From: Octopus sinensis
Lineage: Eukaryota
DNA length: 64,000 bases
Direction of reading: 5' to 3'
NCBI RefSeq assembly: GCF_006345805.1
Contig: NC_043012.1
Location: forward strand, 21,204,001-21,268,000
Translations under genes and position numbers: made by a program
Notes under the pieces: model-generated
What the model was told of the DNA's origin: nothing
Database searches by the model: none
What the model saw: the letters and a program-made list of their open reading frames with translations, nothing else
Part shown: positions 51,823-64,000 of the stretch, piece by piece
How positions within the stretch are numbered: the stretch's first letter is position 1
Layout: the number at the start of each line of letters is the position of its first letter

Positions 51823-51868
<46 letters not shown>

Positions 51869-51922
51869 ATATATATATATGATAAGAATATTAAGGAGTA
51901 TAGTGGTTTTATATCTAATTTA

Positions 51923-51958
<36 letters not shown>

Positions 51959-52374
51959 GTACCGTTTGGTCATTGCGACACTAATGAGCTGGTGTAGAGC
52001 ACAATGTAAAATGCTTATAAATGAATTGTTAGTCGAGTACAGAGCGGTAATAAGAAAATGAGAAGACAAAGGAATAAACAATTGTGTCATGGACTTCCAT
52101 GATCCAACGAAGATCAGAAGATAATCGTTTCTTCCTTTGTCATTTCGTTTTCTTAAATATACATCTGGAACTTTAGTATAAACAGAACAAGCGGCGACAC
52201 ATGCGACCGAGAGTCGTTGAAGCGATCCCAGAATGTGTGACAAAGGAACGCTGACAAATAGACCAAAAGTAATAGTAATAAAACTTAAAGTGAACATCGA
52301 ATAAATAGTGCGTGTTTAATTTACAAAAGATGATATAACTAAAGATAATATATATATATATATATAAAGACGCC

Positions 52375-52513
52375 AATAGAATAAGTAGTAGGCTTACAAA
52401 GAATAAGTTCCGGGGCCGATTTGTTCGACTAAAAGTGGTACTCCAGCATGGCCGCAGTGAAATGACTGAAACAATCAAAAGAATAAAAGAATGTGTTTGT
52501 GTGTTTATATATT

Positions 52514-52547
<34 letters not shown>

Positions 52548-52585
52548 TGTATGTATGTATGTATGTATGTATGTATGTATGTATG

Positions 52586-52625
<40 letters not shown>

Positions 52626-52849
52626 CATATATATATATGTATATATATATTTCTTTACTACCCACAAGGGGCTAAACACAGAGGGGACAAACAAGGCAAA
52701 GTCGAGGTCGACTTTGCCTTTCATCCTTTCGGGGTCGATAAATTAAGTACCAGTTACGCACTGGGGTCGATGTAATCGACTTAATCCCTTTGTCTGTCCT
52801 TGTTTATATATATATATGGATATCTATCTATCTATCTATCTATCTATCC

Positions 52850-52895
<46 letters not shown>

Positions 52896-52916
52896 ATAGA
52901 TAGATAGATACATACA

Positions 52917-52948
<32 letters not shown>

Positions 52949-53075
52949 CATATATAAACACACACACATTCTTTTATTCTTTTAATTGTTTCAGTCATTT
53001 CACTGCGGCCATGCTGGAGTACCGCCTTTAGTCGAACAAATCGGTCCCAGGACTTATTTTTTGTTAGCCTTGTAT
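52375..53075. repeat. Inverted duplication of a SINE B tail plus compound microsatellite
   Basis: 52401-52650 mirrors 52855-53060, including the variants GTACTCCAGC and CAGTGAAATG and the TA-TATG-TATC-CC-TA flank. Confidence 0.85.
52650..52804 (-). mobile_element. SINE A1 with inverted 5' part
   Basis: Tail on minus (52650-52696), body on plus (52704-52804), 13-bp hairpin at the joint. Confidence 0.85.
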
Positions 53076-53195
53076 TTATTCTATTGGTTATTTTTGCCGA
53101 ACCGCTAAGTTATAGAGATGTAAACACACCAACATCGGTTGTCAAGCGATGGTGGTGGGACACACGCATGAACGCACATACACACACAACACACA

Positions 53196-53247
<52 letters not shown>

Positions 53248-53399
53248 CGACGGGCTTCTTTCAGTTTCCGTCTACCAAATCCACTCACAAGGCTTTAGTT
53301 GGCCTGAGGCTATAGCAGAAAACACTTGCTCAAGTTGCCACGCAGTGGGACTGAACCCAGAACAATGTGGTTGGTAAGCAAGCTACTAACCACACAGCT
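52965..53399 (-). mobile_element. SINE B, full length
   Basis: Reverse complement match to family B. Confidence 0.9.
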
Positions 53400-53737
53400 A
53401 GATCATATTATAATACAATATTAATTTTTACTTGTAATGCACAGAGACATCACACACACATCACAAACACGCACACACACACATATACGTACATGGACAC
53501 ACTCACACACATGGTGTAAGCAAATATATATGTACTTCTAATTACATAATACAAGAGCGTGCGGTATAAACCCGATGTGTGAACCACCACAACTAACGTC
53601 CGGACCAAGTTAAGCACCAGTGTGTATTTGGGACAGTATGATGAGCAAAAAAAGTTAACTGTCTTGTCCAAGCATTTGCAGCAGCGGCAGTTCAGATAGT
53701 AAATGACTGTCACAAGTCTAGCTTATGCTCGGCTAAC

Positions 53738-53738
<1 letters not shown>

Positions 53739-53778
<40 letters not shown>

Positions 53779-53799
53779 GTAGTGGTCGTGGTCGTGGTA

Positions 53800-53837
<38 letters not shown>

Positions 53838-53844
53838 CGTGGTA

Positions 53845-53885
<41 letters not shown>

Positions 53886-53898
53886 CGTGGTCGTGGTA

Positions 53899-53936
<38 letters not shown>

Positions 53937-54122
53937 CGTGGTGGTGGTGGTGGTGGTAGTAGTAGTAGTAGTAGTGGTGGTGGTGGTGGTGGTGATGGTG
54001 GTGGTGGTGGTGGTGGTGATGGTGGTGGTAGTAGTAGTTGTAGTAGTAGTAGTAGTAGTAGTTGTAGTAGTAGTAATGGTGGTAGTTGTAGTCGTAGTAG
54101 TAGTAGGAGGAAGAGGAGGAGG
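53739..54122. repeat. Compound (GTA)n/(GTG)n with higher-order repeats
   Basis: GTGGTCGTGGTAGTAGAAGTAGTA recurs three times. Confidence 0.95.
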
Positions 54123-54342
54123 AGATCATCAGTTTCGGTGTTGACGCTACTATAAGTTTTTTACTGGTAAGATTATATAAGAAAGAAGAGAGAGAGAGAA
54201 AGAGACGACGAGAGTTCGTCCCTCCGTGTTGCGCGAGTGGGAGTATTTGGGTCAGCGAATGAGATTATCTTTGCATCGACTAGTACAGTCTGTAGATAAC
54301 GACTGGTCTAGCAAGCTGACTCTCCGTGTCTCTCTGTTGCAG

Positions 54343-54673
54343 TGGCGGCGGCGGCGGCGGCGGTGGTGGTGGTGGTGGTGGTGGTGGTAGTGGTGAAGGC
54401 ATGGCGAGGAGCTTGCTCGGACAGTCACGTCTCGCTGTTGTTGTTGTTCTTCTTCTTCTTGTCTTTGCTGCTGCCGCTGCTGCTATTTCTCCTGTGTTCG
54501 CGGTGACAACGAGAGCGATTTTTGTATTGTTGTTGTTGTCGTTGTTGTGGCTGTCGTCATCGTCACTTTCACTGTTGTTGTTGTTGTTGTTGTTGCTGTA
54601 GTTGTTGTTTGCGTTAAAAATAAACGCACACACCCTCGTCCAATTTCCCTCGTTGCATACATTTACACTCACC
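54343..54673 (+). other. Candidate exon in a GC-richer region resembling a gene 5' end
   Basis: Acceptor CTCTCCGTGTCTCTCTGTTGCAG, donor ACC|GTAAGT; content is mostly trinucleotide repeats. Confidence 0.2.
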
Positions 54674-54760
54674 GTAAGTCAAACCAATTTGAATTTTCAT
54701 AAAAGGCCGTGACCCCCCCATTCGCCCACTTCGATATTCAGATATGATTTTTACGCGCGT

Positions 54761-54796
<36 letters not shown>

Positions 54797-55619
54797 ATAG
54801 AAATACATAGGCTCACAGACTCACACCTGTTAACACGCACCTATGCACACGTATGCCTGCACTTGTTTACATAGGGCGTCACCTAAGACCGATTTTAAAC
54901 ATTGTGACTACATGAGCACAAACCTAAAAAAAAAAGAAAAAGAAAGAGAAGCATAGCTCCGTAGTCAAGAAGTTCGATTTCCAGCCATTTCGTCCCAGAT
55001 TTGCAAATGACCTCTACACAAACTTGTGTTGGAATTTGGTCCACAGCAAACAGAGGTAAACTGCAAACGCATGCATTAAAATCATGCACAGCAGCGTAGT
55101 TAGGGAGCGAGAACGCCGAGGATGCGGTGTGGGGGCTGGAAGGGGGAGGGGAGGAGCGAGGGGGGAGATCCAATCTAGGTGACACTTTAGTGGGGGCGAC
55201 ACTTTGGGCGTATATTTCAGAAAGAGCGGCAAAATTGAGGTCAGCTCCAAGCTGACCATATACACAACCAAAACCACAAAACTAGCATCAAATGTTATAA
55301 ATAGTTATTCAAATAAATGTGGTGTGTTGTGCTTATGACCGTTAATACAAAAGAGTTAGCTATCACCCTTAGAACACGAGGTGGGGTTAGAAATTTGAAT
55401 TAGGAACTAAGAAACACGAGGAGGTAGATACAAAGTACTCACATATTTATTTTTCATTTTTTGCGTAGTTTTCACACTATCTACTTGACGGTAATCATGT
55501 ATAGCACTATTTCATTCTTTTTACAACTCTTCAGCATTATTTAAGCTGTAACTTATTAATTAGATATATTACGAAGAGAATAAGTAGCTCTATCAGTAAC
55601 AAAGACCTTTTACAAAATG

Positions 55620-56830
55620 TCATGCTGCAATAACAATCTCAAATGATATACTTATACTGCAACAACATCGAAAGTTCTTATCAGATATTTCTCGAACAAC
55701 TCACACACCACCAAACACACACATACCAAAAAACAAAAAGAAGCTTGAGCACGAAACAAAAATATGTACTTTCTACTTACACCACACTTTCGACCTCCTT
55801 CTTCAATCAGATACTCTTGAAACAAGAAAATATAACAACTCAAAAGCCTCAGAGCCAGACGAAATCGTAAGCATATTCTTGAAACAACTCCTGAAGCAAT
55901 AACATTACCAACAGCACCTTTAACTAGTAAACTTGCAAGCTACTGGTTAAATTACTGAGTCTATACTATGTATAAGAACAGCGTCTACAACTTCCCGATT
56001 AGGCCTCTCACCCATTATTTTTCAACCGAAACCTACAAGAGTTTCCCACAACTTAAGGCATACAAACAGCATTTTACAGGGATGACATCCTATCCACATC
56101 CTCCTATCGTTATCCAGATTGTTCGCAGCTATTCCAACTCTGCTTAAATAATCTAGAAACCTTGCCCCAGAAACCATGGACTCGCAATTGTATCTACCAA
56201 TTTCTCTGTCTCCCTTCTTATCAATGACAGCAGAGAATACCAAATACAATCAACCATCCTACTCAACAACATGAATATATTATACACGCAGAAGATAAAA
56301 ATCTGAGAAGCTTAAATATTGTCAAACGTCTGCACAACATTCCCAAATAGATGAAAGAAAACTAAACGACGCACAAAACTACGCAAAGCAAGAAAAGGCG
56401 ACACCTTTTGCTAACGAAGAAACGCCAATGGCATTCAAGCGATATTAAATCCGTAATACACCAATCTAATATTACATGGAACCCAAATCTTTCCACAATA
56501 AACCACAGAGTACATAAAACAGTGAACTATGCATCATAAAACGATGTACATAGACCACATCCATGGACCAAAACAATACGAAAAATTAAAGACCGTCCGG
56601 ACATGCGCGAGTGTAGTCTGTAGCCCCTGCAAGCTTCAGCTCCCGTACTTCCCATTACTACATTGCAAAAAAAAAAAAACCCTCTAATATAAAGGAACAT
56701 ATACTACATCAAACAGACCTACCCCAGAGGAGATTCTAAAAACACTCTCTATCCCACTTAGCCAAGACAAATGAAAGAAAACATCAAGGAAAAGCAACAG
56801 CATCAATAACCACGTTGCATCCAAACGAAA
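55620..56830 (+). mobile_element. Highly decayed LINE reverse transcriptase (Jockey/I-like)
   Basis: NSKASEPDEIVSIFLKQL (KAPGPDG motif) and RDDILSTS...QLCLNNLETL (YADD region); A/C-rich sense strand. Confidence 0.6.
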
Positions 56831-56845
56831 CACACCACCAATATT

Positions 56846-57058
56846 CTTTTCTACGCTAGGCACAAGGCCTGAAAATTTTAGGGAGGAGACCAGTCGATTA
56901 AATCGACCCCAGTACGCAACTGGTATTTAATTTATCGACCCCGAAACTATGAAAGGCAAAGTCGACCTCGGCGGAATTTGAACTCAGAACGTAAATGCAG
57001 ACGAAATACCGCTAAGCATCTCGCCCGGCGTGCTAACGTTTCCGCCAGCTCGCTGCCT
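56846..57058 (-). mobile_element. SINE A2, full length
   Basis: TSD AACACACCACCAAYATT at 56829-56845 and 57060-57076. Confidence 0.92.
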
Positions 57059-57199
57059 TAACACACCACCAACATTAAGTGCAGATGCGCTTTGACCGAC
57101 TCCACCTTGTCCATCGTCGTTGAAGCAATCACCACCACCTCGATTACCAAAATTTATATCATCATCATCCTCTGGATATTATCTCAAACCGTAAAATTC

Positions 57200-57425
57200 A
57201 TAGGGGGCGTTTACCCAGTTTCCATGGCGTGTAGTTGCCCGAGATCACAACCTTCCTCTTAAAATGGATTCCAGAAGGTCACAGGATTACTCAGCTATAG
57301 CTGAATGGACCGGAACAACATGATACGAAGTGTTTTGCTCAAAACTGCAACACTCTGCCCAGTCCGGGAATCGAAACCGCAATGTAGCGATAGTGAGTAT
57401 AGCACCCTAACCACCAAGCCAAGCG
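57200..57425 (-). mobile_element. Degenerate CORE-type SINE
   Basis: GAAGTGTTTTGCTCAAAA; CCGGGAATCGAAACC; CCCTAACCACCAAGCC. Confidence 0.6.
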
Positions 57426-57526
57426 ACGTCACCAGAATCTACGGACCAACGGAAATAGGTATAATATTGGAGAGAGTGCAATGTGTCCATACTGTCATAC
57501 TGCACTTCATATTATTATTATTCAAG

Positions 57527-59045
57527 GGCGGCGAGCTGGCAGAACCGTTAGCACGCTGGGCGAAATGCGTAGCCGTATTTCGTCTGCTGTTACGTTCTGA
57601 GTTCAAATTCCGCCGAGGTCGACTTTGCCTTTCATCCTTTCGGGGTCGATAAATTAAGTACCAGTTATGAACTGGGATCGATATCTGTCCTTGTTTGTCC
57701 CCTCTGTGTTTAGCCTCTTGTGGGTAGTAAAGAAATAATTATTATTATTCATTGTTCTAAGGCGGCAAGGTGACAGAAACGTTAGCACGTCGGGCGAAAT
57801 GCTTAGCAGTATTTAGTTTACCGCTACGTTCTGAATTCAAATTCCGCTGAGGTCGACTTCGCCTTTCATCCTTTCGGTGTCGATTAAATAAGTACCAGTT
57901 GCGTACTGGGGTCGATGTATCTGTCCTTGTTTGTCCCTTCTATGTTTAGCCCCTTGAGGGCAATAAAGAAATAAGAAACGTTAGCACGCCGGGGAAATTA
58001 CATAGCGGCATTTCGTCCGTCTTTACGTTCTGTGTTCAAATTCCGCCGAGGTCGACTTTGCCTTTCATCTTTCGGGGTCGATAAATTAAGTACCAGTTAT
58101 GAACTGGGATCGATATCTGTCCTTGTTTGTCCCCTCTGTGTTTAGCCTCTTGTGGGTAGTAAAGAAATAATTATTATTATTCATTGTTCTAAGGCGGCAA
58201 GGTGACAGAAACGTTAGCACGTCGGGCGAAATGCTTAGCAGTATTTAGTTTACCGCTACGTTCTGAATTCAAATTCCGCTGAGGTCGACTTCGCCTTTCA
58301 TCCTTTCGGTGTCGATTAAATAAGTACCAGTTGCGTACTGGGGTCGATGTATCTGTCCTTGTTTGTCCCTTCTATGTTTAGCCCCTTGAGGGCAATAAAG
58401 AAATAAGAAACGTTAGCACGCCGGGGAAATTACATAGCGGCATTTCGTCCGTCTTTACGTTCTGTGTTCAAATTCCGCCGAGGTCGACTTTGCCTTTCAT
58501 CTTTCGGGGTCGATAAATTAAGTACCAGTTATGAACTGGGATCGATATCTGTCCTTGTTTGTCCCCTCTGTGTTTAGCCTCTTGTGGGTAGTAAAGAAAT
58601 AATTATTATTATTCATTGTTCTAAGGCGGCAAGGTGACAGAAACGTTAGCACGTCGGGCGAAATGCTTAGCAGTATTTAGTTTACCGCTACGTTCTGAAT
58701 TCAAATTCCGCTGAGGTCGACTTCGCCTTTCATCCTTTCGGTGTCGATTAAATAAGTACCAGTTGCGTACTGGGGTCGATGTATCTGTCCTTGTTTGTCC
58801 CTTCTATGTTTAGCCCCTTGAGGGCAATAAAGAAATAAGAAACGTTAGCACGCCGGGGAAATTACATAGCGGCATTTCGTCCGTCTTTACGTTCTGTGTT
58901 CAAATTCCGCCGAGGTCGACTTTGCCTTTCATCCTTTTTTTTGGGGGGGGGCGTCGATAAAATAAGTACCAGTTATGCACTGGGATTGATGTGGTCGACT
59001 TAGCCCTCCACCGAAATTGTCGACCTTGTGTCAAAATTTGAAATC
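57527..59045 (+). repeat. Head-to-tail array of seven SINE A units with a 432-bp dimeric period
   Basis: GTTCAAATTCCGCCGAGG at 57601, 58034, 58466 and 58898; ends in an A2-type tail. Confidence 0.95.
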
Positions 59046-60329
59046 CTTATCATTTATTGTTGCAAGTTCGAATGTGCCGCTTGCTCATTAGGTTGAGACA
59101 TGGTAAACTGCGACTATGGATCGTGGTTCACACCTCGTCACAGGACTTCTCGATCAAGAGTGACCAGGGACAACACAACTAAAAAGCAAGAGAATAAAAC
59201 ACACCAACAACACTGCTACTACGTCTCAACATCGTGTGAGTTACTGTGTAGGCGTGAGAGAAAGAGAGAGAGAGAGAAAGAAAGAAAGAGTGAAGCAGGC
59301 AGGAGAGAGGGAGAGAGAGAGAGAGTGTGTGTGTGTGTGTGTTTGTGTGTGTGTGTTTGTGTGTGTGTGTTTGAAGGAATGCAACATAGCTTTACGTTAA
59401 TTCTTTTGTCAAACCTGGTACAATAACTAATCTATAGAGTGTGTACTTAGTAATATGTCAGTCTGTCTTCTTCTTACTCCTTCTCTTCCTCCTTCTATTA
59501 CTACTACTACTACACATTAGTACAATAGTTTCTATTATTACTATTACTAATAATGGTTGTGGTAGTGACGTCGATTAAATGTGGTGAAATTGGCGGCGGC
59601 AGCGGTGGGGCAGGTGGGGAAAATGACAGTAGTAATTGTGGCAAGAGATAATTGTGTCGTCTTTAATTTGAATCGCTGTTTGCCACCTTACCTTTACAAA
59701 GGGGAGAAAATGTGTAGGTAATACTGTATAAACTCAGATATTCTGAGTTCAAAACCGCATCAAGCCTTATAGCATGAAACTGGTCTATACAGGTTATATT
59801 AAATATCTTTGTCCATTGCTTGTAAATATATATGCTAGAGCCATTGCTTGTAAATATATATTCTAGAACCAACTACAAATGCTATTTTAGATAGACAGGG
59901 CCAAAGAAGTAGCTTCTGGGGGGAGATCGAACATGCTAAAACCTCTACAAAGTGTACCCAACCAATTTGAAACATGAAGGACTCATTAAACAATATTGTC
60001 CCCAATATACAAATATAGGGCTGCACAACAGCTTCAAATCCATAAACATCCTCACCAAGGACACACACGTTTCATGTGATGACATGCAATTTTGCGCATG
60101 TGACTTTTCCTTTTTAAAAATGGCCGTTCGGTAGTTTTCCTTCGTATAACACTTGCCATAAAGTACCACAGGTAGATATTCAAGATATTGGCGAGTGTGA
60201 GGTTAAAACATCAGGCAGGTTTTTAGCATCCGATGAAATTATTTCATTTGATTTAGGCTGTCAATACTGTGGGGAAACTAATGAACATAACCTCATTCTA
60301 ACCCCTCTTAGACAGCTACATTGGTTATA

Positions 60330-61536
60330 TTAGGTCATCCCATAAATAATGCGGTTTTTTAAAAAATATTTCTTTTATTTTTCAAAATTAAGATAAACAA
60401 AGATCTTTTTTTAACCTAAACTATACTCTCTCCCTCATTTTCTTCAATGCTCTTCCCTCTATCTGGTTGACTTGCAAGGCCACCTTCTTCCAAAATTCCC
60501 TTGCCCGTGATAAAAAAAAATACTCCTCCAGTACTGTTCTGACTGCATCTACAGAATTCACATTTTTCCGTCCAAATGATTTTGAAGACTGCGGAATAAA
60601 TGATAATCAGATGGGGCAATGTCTGAAAAATATGGTGGATGGGACATCATTTCTCATTCAAATTGCTCCAGCCTTTGGAATATCATCCTCACTATATGTG
60701 GCTGAGCATTATCCTGATGGAAAAACACCTTTCATCTTGAAACCAAAGATGGTCGTTTTTCTTCTACTGCTGACTTAAGCCGCTCAAACTGCTCACTGTA
60801 GATCTCCTTTGTTATCGTTAAGGTTGGGTTTAAAAGTTTAAAGTGGACCAAACCGCCCATATCTCACCAAACAGATAACAACGTTACGTGAGTGAAGACC
60901 TTATTTAGGCTGGAGTGCAGGTGTTTCTCTTTACCTTACCCACTGTCTTCGACGTTTGGCATTTTTATAGAGAACCCATTTCTCATCACTAGTCACTATT
61001 CAGTCAAAAAAAAGGTTCATTCAGGAGACGTAACAGCAAAGAAGAGCACATATTCATTTTCTGCGCGTGATTAGACTCAGAAAGTTTGTGAAGAACCCAT
61101 TGACCTAATTTTCTGACTTTTCCGATGGCAGGTGTCAATGAATGGCTGAATAACCAAATCTGAGTTTCCCTGCTAGTTCCTCAACATTTACGATGGAATT
61201 TTGTTCCACCAGAGTTTGCAGGACATTCTTGTCGAGCTCTACAGATCTTCCAGGACGAGGCTCGCCTTCTAAGCTGTAGTTTCCAGCTTCGAAACCACCG
61301 TTGACACATGCTTACGATTATTGTCAGATCCCTATTCACTGCATTAATATTTCTCGCACTTTCCGTTGCGTTGTTGCCTTTATTGGACTCATAAAGCAAA
61401 ATATGCCGAATATGCTGCTTTGCCACTTCCATTATAGCTTTGAAAGAATAACTGTTGAAATCAAATTGCACACTTCAAAACTTGCACTAAGAATAAGTAC
61501 AATTGAAAAAACTGCATTGTTTATGGGATGACCCAA
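60330..61536 (-). mobile_element. Full-length decayed mariner
   Basis: ~31-bp TIRs TTAGGTCATCCCATAAATAATGCGGTTTTTT and AAAAAACTGCATTGTTTATGGGATGACCCAA; TA TSD. Confidence 0.93.
60400..61432 (-). pseudogene. Mariner transposase pseudogene
   Basis: MEVAKQHIRHILLYESNKGNNATESARNINAV...CQRWF, then frameshifts. Confidence 0.88.
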
Positions 61537-61844
61537 TATATCTCTTAGTTTATGCGATGACCCAATAAATCTCTTAGTTTTTGTGTCGGCGTTCTGAGTG
61601 CTCTAATCCTTCACTAAACCTCAGAGAATTGTGGAACACACCACCCTGGAATGGTAGTTAAGTATGAAAAGCAAATTTGACCACAGTGAGATTTGAACGC
61701 GAGACATTCTATGCGGTCCTCTAACGGCTCTGCCAATTTACCGCCTTGTGCTGTATAACTTTCAACGGGTACAGTAGTGATGATCTCACCGGCGTAAACA
61801 GGAGTTTTACTATAAAATGAATAAGAATATTAAAAACTTTATCA

Positions 61845-61884
61845 GATACACAATAGGAAGACTAAGGTCTTCCTATTGTGTATC
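61845..61884. repeat. Perfect hairpin, 18-bp arms, 4-nt loop
   Basis: GATACACAATAGGAAGAC-TAAG-GTCTTCCTATTGTGTATC. Confidence 0.95.
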
Positions 61885-62494
61885 GAATTTACGCCAGATT
61901 TGTAATTGTTTCAGTTTGTTATTCTAGATTCATCTCGTCCTGTTTGGTGGGAGACTGGAGTCTTCAGAATGCCTTGAACCCGATAAACTACACGAACATG
62001 AAACCCCTCGAAATACAATGAATTACATGTGGAATTCAGAAATTGGTTGTTGCCGGAGATTCGAACCTAGATGTCTTTGTCATACAGCTTATCAGATCTG
62101 CGCTACAATATCACGTGGACAAGATTTTTAAGACGATGCAAAGATGTCATAGTCATCTTTGTACATGAGCTGTCCCAAAAGTTAAACTATAAATCTGAAG
62201 GGAAACTAGAAACATTTTCACCTTTAAATCGATAGGAAGTCGTGCTATACTCGACGGCCACAACTAAAATGTTGATGACAATAACGATGGTAAAGAAGCT
62301 GACAATGATGATGATGATGATGATGACAATGATGATTGTTATGAGGTTGTTGGGGGTTTTTTTTATTAAGTTATTATTACAGAAAGTCAAAAGTTATATG
62401 TTCTTCATAATTTTCCGTGGAATGTCAGAAATAATAACAATCTTTAGAAAAAGTAAGTTTGAGAATATATTATATTATCGGAAAAATTCTGTTT

Positions 62495-62700
62495 CAAATT
62501 TTGGCAGGAGGTCACCAATTTTATGAGAGGTTAGTCGATTGGATCAAGCCCAGTTCTTGGCGGCTACTTTATTTTATCGGAGCCGAAACGATGAGTGGCA
62601 AAGTTGATTCTCGTCGGGATTTGAACACAGAACGTAAAGAGATGAAAGAAATACCGCTATGTATTTTATCCGTAGCTGCTAACGATTCTACCAGTTTCCC
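62495..62700 (-). mobile_element. Degenerate SINE A2
   Basis: GTCGATTGGATCAAGCCCAG; GGATTTGAACACAGAACGTAAAGA. Confidence 0.65.
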
Positions 62701-63309
62701 GTCATTGGGTGAATGCTGGAAACGTCATCGTATATATGATATGAAAACGGAGATCTATATATTTGTATTGTTTATCTGACAAGCAGCGTGGTTCATTTGG
62801 TTAGTTCAGGAAGAATAGAGTTAATGATAGGTTCCGTTCCTGACTAGAAATGTGTCACTTTCTCCACTAAAACCACCCTGTTAGCCATTCTTCCAACCAC
62901 TGATGTGAATAGCACTAATTGGCCATTTGTGGATTGGATATTTCTGGTTGTAATAGATCAAATAGTAAATGACACATTTCATGCCTCTGGTGCGTGGGAT
63001 GAATGAATATTCATCTCTATTGTATATTTAGGGCAAGTCCACCTAACAGAAGATCGTCCGGCAGCAGGTTATGAATACAGGAGGAAATGAATTTACGACT
63101 GCATGCCATTAAAAAAAGGAGAAAAAAAAAACAAAAGCGAGAGAAAGAAACAAGAGCCTATTGTACAACGACATGTAAGCGGTCACGTAGATTTAAGTTA
63201 TTGTTTAAGTCAAGTATTCAAGACAGGGTTGAGGGTTGGTATTTGTAGATATGTACCAATAAATCTGTACATATGGTAGGCTGATATTTTCACAACTAAG
63301 TTAATACAA

Positions 63310-63445
63310 CATAGGTGAAGGCTTGGGTATGCAGGTAAGAAGATTGCTTTGCAACCAGGTTGTTTCAGGTACAGTCCCTAGCTGCGGACCGATTTATGTT
63401 TTGTGAAAGGATTTGGGAGACGGAAACTGTATCGAAGCCTGTCAT
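63310..63445 (+). mobile_element. SINE B 5' fragment
   Basis: GGTAAGAAGATTGCTTTGCAACC...GAGACGGAAACTG. Confidence 0.55.
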
Positions 63446-63518
63446 ATTTATATGATTTAATGAATGCAACATTTAAATGTGAGCTACATTAGTTTTAGGC
63501 TCGTATAGCACAATAATT

Positions 63519-63871
63519 ATTCTTTTCTACCCTAGGCACAAGGCCCGAAATTTTGGAGGAGGGGGACATTCGATTAGATAGACCCAAGTACTTAATTTAT
63601 CGACCCCGAAATGATGTAAGGCAAAGACAGACGAAAGACCTGTTTCTTTACTACCTACAAGGGGCTAAACACAGAGAGGACAAACAAGGACAGACAAACG
63701 GATTAAGTCGATTATATCGACCCCAGTGAGTAACTGGTACTTATTTAATCGACCCCGAAAGGATGAAAGGCAAAGTCGACCTCGGCGGAATTTGAACTGA
63801 GAACATAACGGCAGACGAAATACGGCTACGCAGTTCGCCCGGCGTGCTAACGTTTCTGCCAGCTCGCCGCC
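63519..63871 (-). mobile_element. SINE A dimer (full A1 + deleted A2) in one TSD
   Basis: TSD TATAGCA(C/G)AATAATT at 63504-63518 and 63873-63887; junction AAAGAAACAG|GTCTTTCGTCTG. Confidence 0.9.
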
Positions 63872-64000
63872 TTATAGCAGAATAATTTGTATAATCGGAC
63901 GGGTTAGCATAGCGTGCCGTCTGCAATTCTGCAATTGTTCAGGATCAAAATAAATATGGCTGTTCTCTGAGAAAAAAAAGAAAGAACGAGAAAATGAAAG

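Noticed and set aside
51920-52297. 125-aa minus-strand ORF and CTAATGA motif in a TA-flanked insert
   Set aside because: No recognisable domain; motif lacks G5 and GAAA
53703-54155. Gly/Ser-rich 150-aa ORF and His/Tyr-rich antisense ORF
   Set aside because: Made from (GTA)/(GTG) repeats; no supporting splice or homology evidence
57527-59045. Regular repeats that might suggest a CRISPR array
   Set aside because: Units are whole SINEs with no unique spacers; eukaryotic context and no cas genes
59835-60169. Overlapping short ORFs, possible retroelement remnant
   Set aside because: No diagnostic motif could be assigned

Overview
Eukaryotic, AT-rich, repeat-dense DNA, most likely a coleoid cephalopod (Octopus-like; inferred from microsatellite density and SINE types, not verified). 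I can recognise no protein-coding gene, rRNA, intact tRNA gene or CRISPR array. Most ORFs in the supplied track are microsatellite artefacts; the rest are transposon remnants. The window holds at least four tRNA-derived SINE families (my labels A, B, C and CORE-type D), three decayed mariner transposases and a mariner MITE, a non-autonomous Helitron, and LINE fragments (two Dong/R4-like RLE elements, RTE, RTE-BovB, CR1/L2, Jockey/I-like). Best leads: (1) minimal type I hammerhead ribozyme motifs in several unrelated short elements, mostly anchored in (TA)n tracts, including a repeated CUGU core variant; (2) SINE-A multimers with fixed junctions inside a single target-site duplication, suggesting end-to-end RT template jumping; (3) retroelements that appear to target (TACA)n and (AAT)n; (4) repeated fold-back inverted duplications. 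A few candidate exons are given at low confidence. All coordinates were counted by hand, and ends of degenerate repeats are approximate.
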